DNA of 64,000 nucleotides from Polyangiaceae bacterium UTPRO1 (GTDB lineage Bacteria; Desulfobacterota; Binatia; UTPRO1): contig MWST01000001.1 of the NCBI GenBank assembly GCA_002050235.1, positions 4,243 through 68,242 on the forward strand, given 5' to 3'. A model generated the notes under the pieces. It saw only the letters and a program-made list of their open reading frames with translations. It did not search any database and was not told where the DNA came from. The translations under genes were made by a program, and so were the position numbers. Position 1 is the first letter of the stretch; every line of letters begins with the position of its first letter. Of this stretch, positions 61,710 to 64,000 are shown in pieces.

Positions 61710-63467
61710 CTACGCTCCTGACTTGGCTTCGCGGTCCGGTATTTGCCGCCTCCGGGAGGTTGCGCCGTCTCCCGAGTCGCGCCGCAGGGCGACGGCGGCC
61801 TCGACCACCACCGCGGCTGCGAGGCCCAAGAGCACGACGGCGACGATGCCGTTGGCGAGTTGCATCGGGTTCAGCGCGCCGGCGGGATCGCGGGCGGCGC
61901 CGAAACCGCTCCAGGCTTGGAGGGTGAGCGCCCACACCGTGATCGCCAGCACGAAGAGCATGGGTAGGCAAGTGAACCACACCGGCTTTCCGAGGCGCTT
62001 GCGCCAGACCGTGATGCCGAGGAGGGTGAGCGCCGCGAGTAGCTGGTTCGAGGTGCCGAAGAGGGTCCAGAAGGCCATGTAGGTCGGGGGTCGGCCGGGC
62101 ACCGGGGCGTCGGCACTGGCGATGAAGAGGAGCGGGGCACCGATCGTCGCCAGGGTCGCGACGACCGCGCCCGAGCGCGTGCGCCAGGCGAGGAGCTCCT
62201 GGATGATGTAGCGCCCGAGGCGAGTGGCGACGTCGAGGGTGTCGAAGACGAAGGTGGAGAACGCCATCGAGCCGAAGACCGTCGCGAAGACGAGGTGTTC
62301 CTTGCCGAGCACCACCGTTGCGAACTGCCCGATGCCGCGGCCGTAGGTGGCGCCCGCCGAGATCTTCGGTCCGCCCGGGGCGACGATCATGATGGTGACG
62401 AGCGCGATCAGGGCCACGAAGGCTTCGAGCAGCATGGCGCCGTAGCCGACCGGGCGGCAGTCGCTCTCCTTGGCGATCTGCTTCGACGTCGTGCCGCCGC
62501 AGACGAGGCCGTGAAAGCCGCTGCAGGCGCCGCATGCGATGGTCACGAAGAGGAACGGGAAGAGCCGGCCGGTGTCGCCGCCGGCGGCGAAGCCCTTGAA
62601 CGGCGGCTGCTGGATGGTCGCGTCGCCGAGGAAGATGCCGATGGTGCCGATTGCGAGCACCAGGTAGAGCACGAAGCCGCCGAGGTAGCCGCGTGGCTGC
62701 AACAGCAGCGACACGGGCAGCAGCGAGGCTACGATGCAGTAGCCGAGCAGGATCAAACCCCAGGTCTTCTGCGGATTGGCGCCGGCGAGCGCGAGCAGAT
62801 CGGCGTGCCGGGTCCCGAGCCAGACCACGGCCAGCGTCGCCGGAACGAAGATCGCGGTGAGCAGCGCCAGCGGCGGATTCCACCAGCGCTGCGCTAGGCC
62901 CATGGCGACGCTCAGCAGCAGGTAGGCGGTGCTGGCGAAGGCGACCGCTCCGCCGGCGTTGAAGCCCAACGCGGCGCCGTCGAGCTCTTCGATGCGGCCG
63001 AGGAAGGTCCCGGCGGTGACGTCGGTGAAGGCTACGATCACGTACACGAGCGCCAGCCAGATGAAGAGCATGACGCTCATCCAGGCCCGCCGGCTCAGAT
63101 TTTCGCGGATGATCTCCGCGACCGACGACGCCCGGTGGCGCACGCTCGCCACGAGAGCGCTGAAATCGTGCACGGCACCGATGAAGACGACGCCGCCGAG
63201 GATCCAGAGGAGGCACGGGAGCCAGCCGAACTGCTCGCAGGCGACGATCGGGCCGACGATCGGCCCCGCTGCTGCGATGGCGCTGAAGTGCTGCGGCATC
63301 AAGTAGATCGGCGCGGTCGGCACGTAGTCGATGCCGTCTGCGAGGGCGACCGCGGGCGTCCGCACGCGGTCGTCGAGGGCGTACTGCGAGGCGACGAAGC
63401 GTCCGTAGACGAGGTAGGCGGCGGCGAGTATCGAGAGGAAGACGAAGGCCAGGAGCGGCAGACTCAT
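61710..63467 (-). CDS. cstA: Carbon starvation protein A (peptide/pyruvate transporter family)
   Basis: 585 aa with the CstA N-terminal signature LVYGRFVASQY...DYVPT...LMPQHFSAIAAAGPIVGPI...GAVHDFSALVASVRH. Polytopic. Confidence 0.9.
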   Translation of the reverse strand: MSLPLLAFVFLSILAAAYLVYGRFVASQYALDDRVRTPAVALADGIDYVPTAPIYLMPQHFSAIAAAGPIVGPIVACEQFGWLPCLLWILGGVVFIGAVHDFSALVASVRHRASSVAEIIRENLSRRAWMSVMLFIWLALVYVIVAFTDVTAGTFLGRIEELDGAALGFNAGGAVAFASTAYLLLSVAMGLAQRWWNPPLALLTAIFVPATLAVVWLGTRHADLLALAGANPQKTWGLILLGYCIVASLLPVSLLLQPRGYLGGFVLYLVLAIGTIGIFLGDATIQQPPFKGFAAGGDTGRLFPFLFVTIACGACSGFHGLVCGGTTSKQIAKESDCRPVGYGAMLLEAFVALIALVTIMIVAPGGPKISAGATYGRGIGQFATVVLGKEHLVFATVFGSMAFSTFVFDTLDVATRLGRYIIQELLAWRTRSGAVVATLATIGAPLLFIASADAPVPGRPPTYMAFWTLFGTSNQLLAALTLLGITVWRKRLGKPVWFTCLPMLFVLAITVWALTLQAWSGFGAARDPAGALNPMQLANGIVAVVLLGLAAAVVVEAAVALRRDSGDGATSRRRQIPDREAKSGA

Positions 63468-63550
63468 GGAGGCGGAGGCTTACGCTACGCGCCGGGTGCG
63501 TTCAATCGCCGACGTGGACCTCGAGGCTGCGGCGAGCTAGAGTCCGCGCG

Positions 63551-64000
63551 ATGGCTACTCCGCTCGTCGCTTCCGCCGGCTGGATCGTGTCGCACTGGTT
63601 CTATCGGATCGACCGCCGGCAGTGGCGGAGCCTGGCGGCCGAGGAGCGGCGCGCGGCGATCGACGAGGTGCGGGCCTGGACGGCGCAGGCCGGGGCGGAA
63701 GAGGGGATGCAGCTCGTACCGCTGGCGATGATCGGCAAGGCCGACTTCGGGCTCATCGCCGTGCACCCGGATCTCCGCCGCCATCAGCAGCTCGCACAGG
63801 AGCTCGGCGCGACTGCCTTCGGCGCCTGCCTCGAGCCGGTCTACTCCTTTCTCTCGCTGTCGGAGGCGAGCGAGTATCTGAGCACCGACGCCGACTGGGC
63901 GCGGACGCTCATCGACGAGCAGCACGTCGATCCGACCTCCGCGGATTTCACGAGCGGGATGCAGGCTTTCCGGAAACGGATGAGTCACTACGTCGAGATG
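63551..64000 (+). CDS. Chlorite dismutase (Cld)/HemQ-like family protein, 5' part; runs off the right edge
   Basis: Not in the track because there is no stop. My translation from the ATG at 63551 gives MATPLVASAGWIVSHWFYRIDRRQWRSL...ADFGLIAVHPDLRRHQQL...VYSFLSLSEASEY...FRKRMSHYVEM. This pattern is typical of the N-terminal ferredoxin-like half of Cld-family proteins. The minus-strand ORF 63485..63988 is a shadow. Confidence 0.6.
   Translation, partial: MATPLVASAGWIVSHWFYRIDRRQWRSLAAEERRAAIDEVRAWTAQAGAEEGMQLVPLAMIGKADFGLIAVHPDLRRHQQLAQELGATAFGACLEPVYSFLSLSEASEYLSTDADWARTLIDEQHVDPTSADFTSGMQAFRKRMSHYVEM

Noticed and set aside
60829-63216. 795-aa minus-strand ORF
   Set aside because: Only its last 292 codons (from the ATG at 61707) look like a real protein (MaoC-like). 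The upstream 500 codons are an off-frame shadow of cstA (61710..63467), which has a clean transporter sequence.
63485-63988. 167-aa minus-strand ORF at the right edge
   Set aside because: Shadow of the plus-strand Cld/HemQ-like reading frame, which has family-typical motifs and starts at an ATG (63551).

Overview
This is a high-GC segment (about 68-70% judged by eye, not computed) from the chromosome of a diderm bacterium. Myxococcus-type cysteine-rich repeats, Lnt, an RND/OMF pump and beta-barrel genes suggest a Myxococcota/Deltaproteobacteria-like or related uncultured lineage; that taxonomy is inference only. I can support about 50 protein-coding genes. I recognised no rRNA, tRNA, CRISPR array, transposase or integrase.

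Layout:
- (i) 1-9.5 kb: ABC permease fragment, lnt, a sigma54-type two-component pair, a LuxR regulator and a B12-radical-SAM enzyme.
- (ii) 9.6-20.8 kb: three giant secreted repeat proteins. Two are tandem paralogs with 13 Asp-box repeats each. The third is a convergent 1796-aa protein with PD40, DxNGDGD and TSP3-like repeats. All three have Cys-rich modules and Pro/Thr linkers.
- (iii) 21.1-27.6 kb: a tightly packed eight-gene operon carrying 28 c-type heme-binding motifs. It encodes an MtrC/OmcA-like decaheme lipoprotein, a diheme lipoprotein, a 435-aa outer-membrane beta-barrel, heptaheme, tetraheme and monoheme cytochromes, a NapC/NrfH-like membrane quinol dehydrogenase and a small membrane protein. 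I read it as a non-canonical porin-cytochrome extracellular electron transfer conduit, and it is my top candidate for something new.
- (iv) 27.6-33.9 kb: a DAB-like inorganic-carbon pump (DabA/DUF2309 with an intact CxDxR...HDCGAC zinc site) plus two antiporter-like subunits and a divergent ArsR regulator.
- (v) 34-46 kb: mixed metabolic and secreted enzymes (crotonase, VOC, GH27, alpha/beta hydrolase, NUDIX, dockerin-like protein, a DUF3604-parvulin-HupE/UreJ trio, sulfotransferase).
- (vi) 46.5-52.4 kb: an RND efflux system in which the inner-membrane pump and the outer-membrane-factor lipoprotein form one uninterrupted 1529-aa ORF.
- (vii) 52.5-64 kb: housekeeping genes (RNase D, aldehyde dehydrogenase, GT2, CocE/NonD hydrolase, 5'-3' exonuclease, MaoC, CstA, Cld/HemQ-like fragment) and an acyl-CoA dehydrogenase remnant.

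Many long ORFs in the supplied track are Arg/Ala/Gly/Pro-rich antisense or off-frame shadows typical of high-GC DNA, and I rejected them. The track also uses GTG/TTG as starts, so several listed N-termini are over-extended. I re-set starts where a signal peptide or RBS made a shorter start more plausible.
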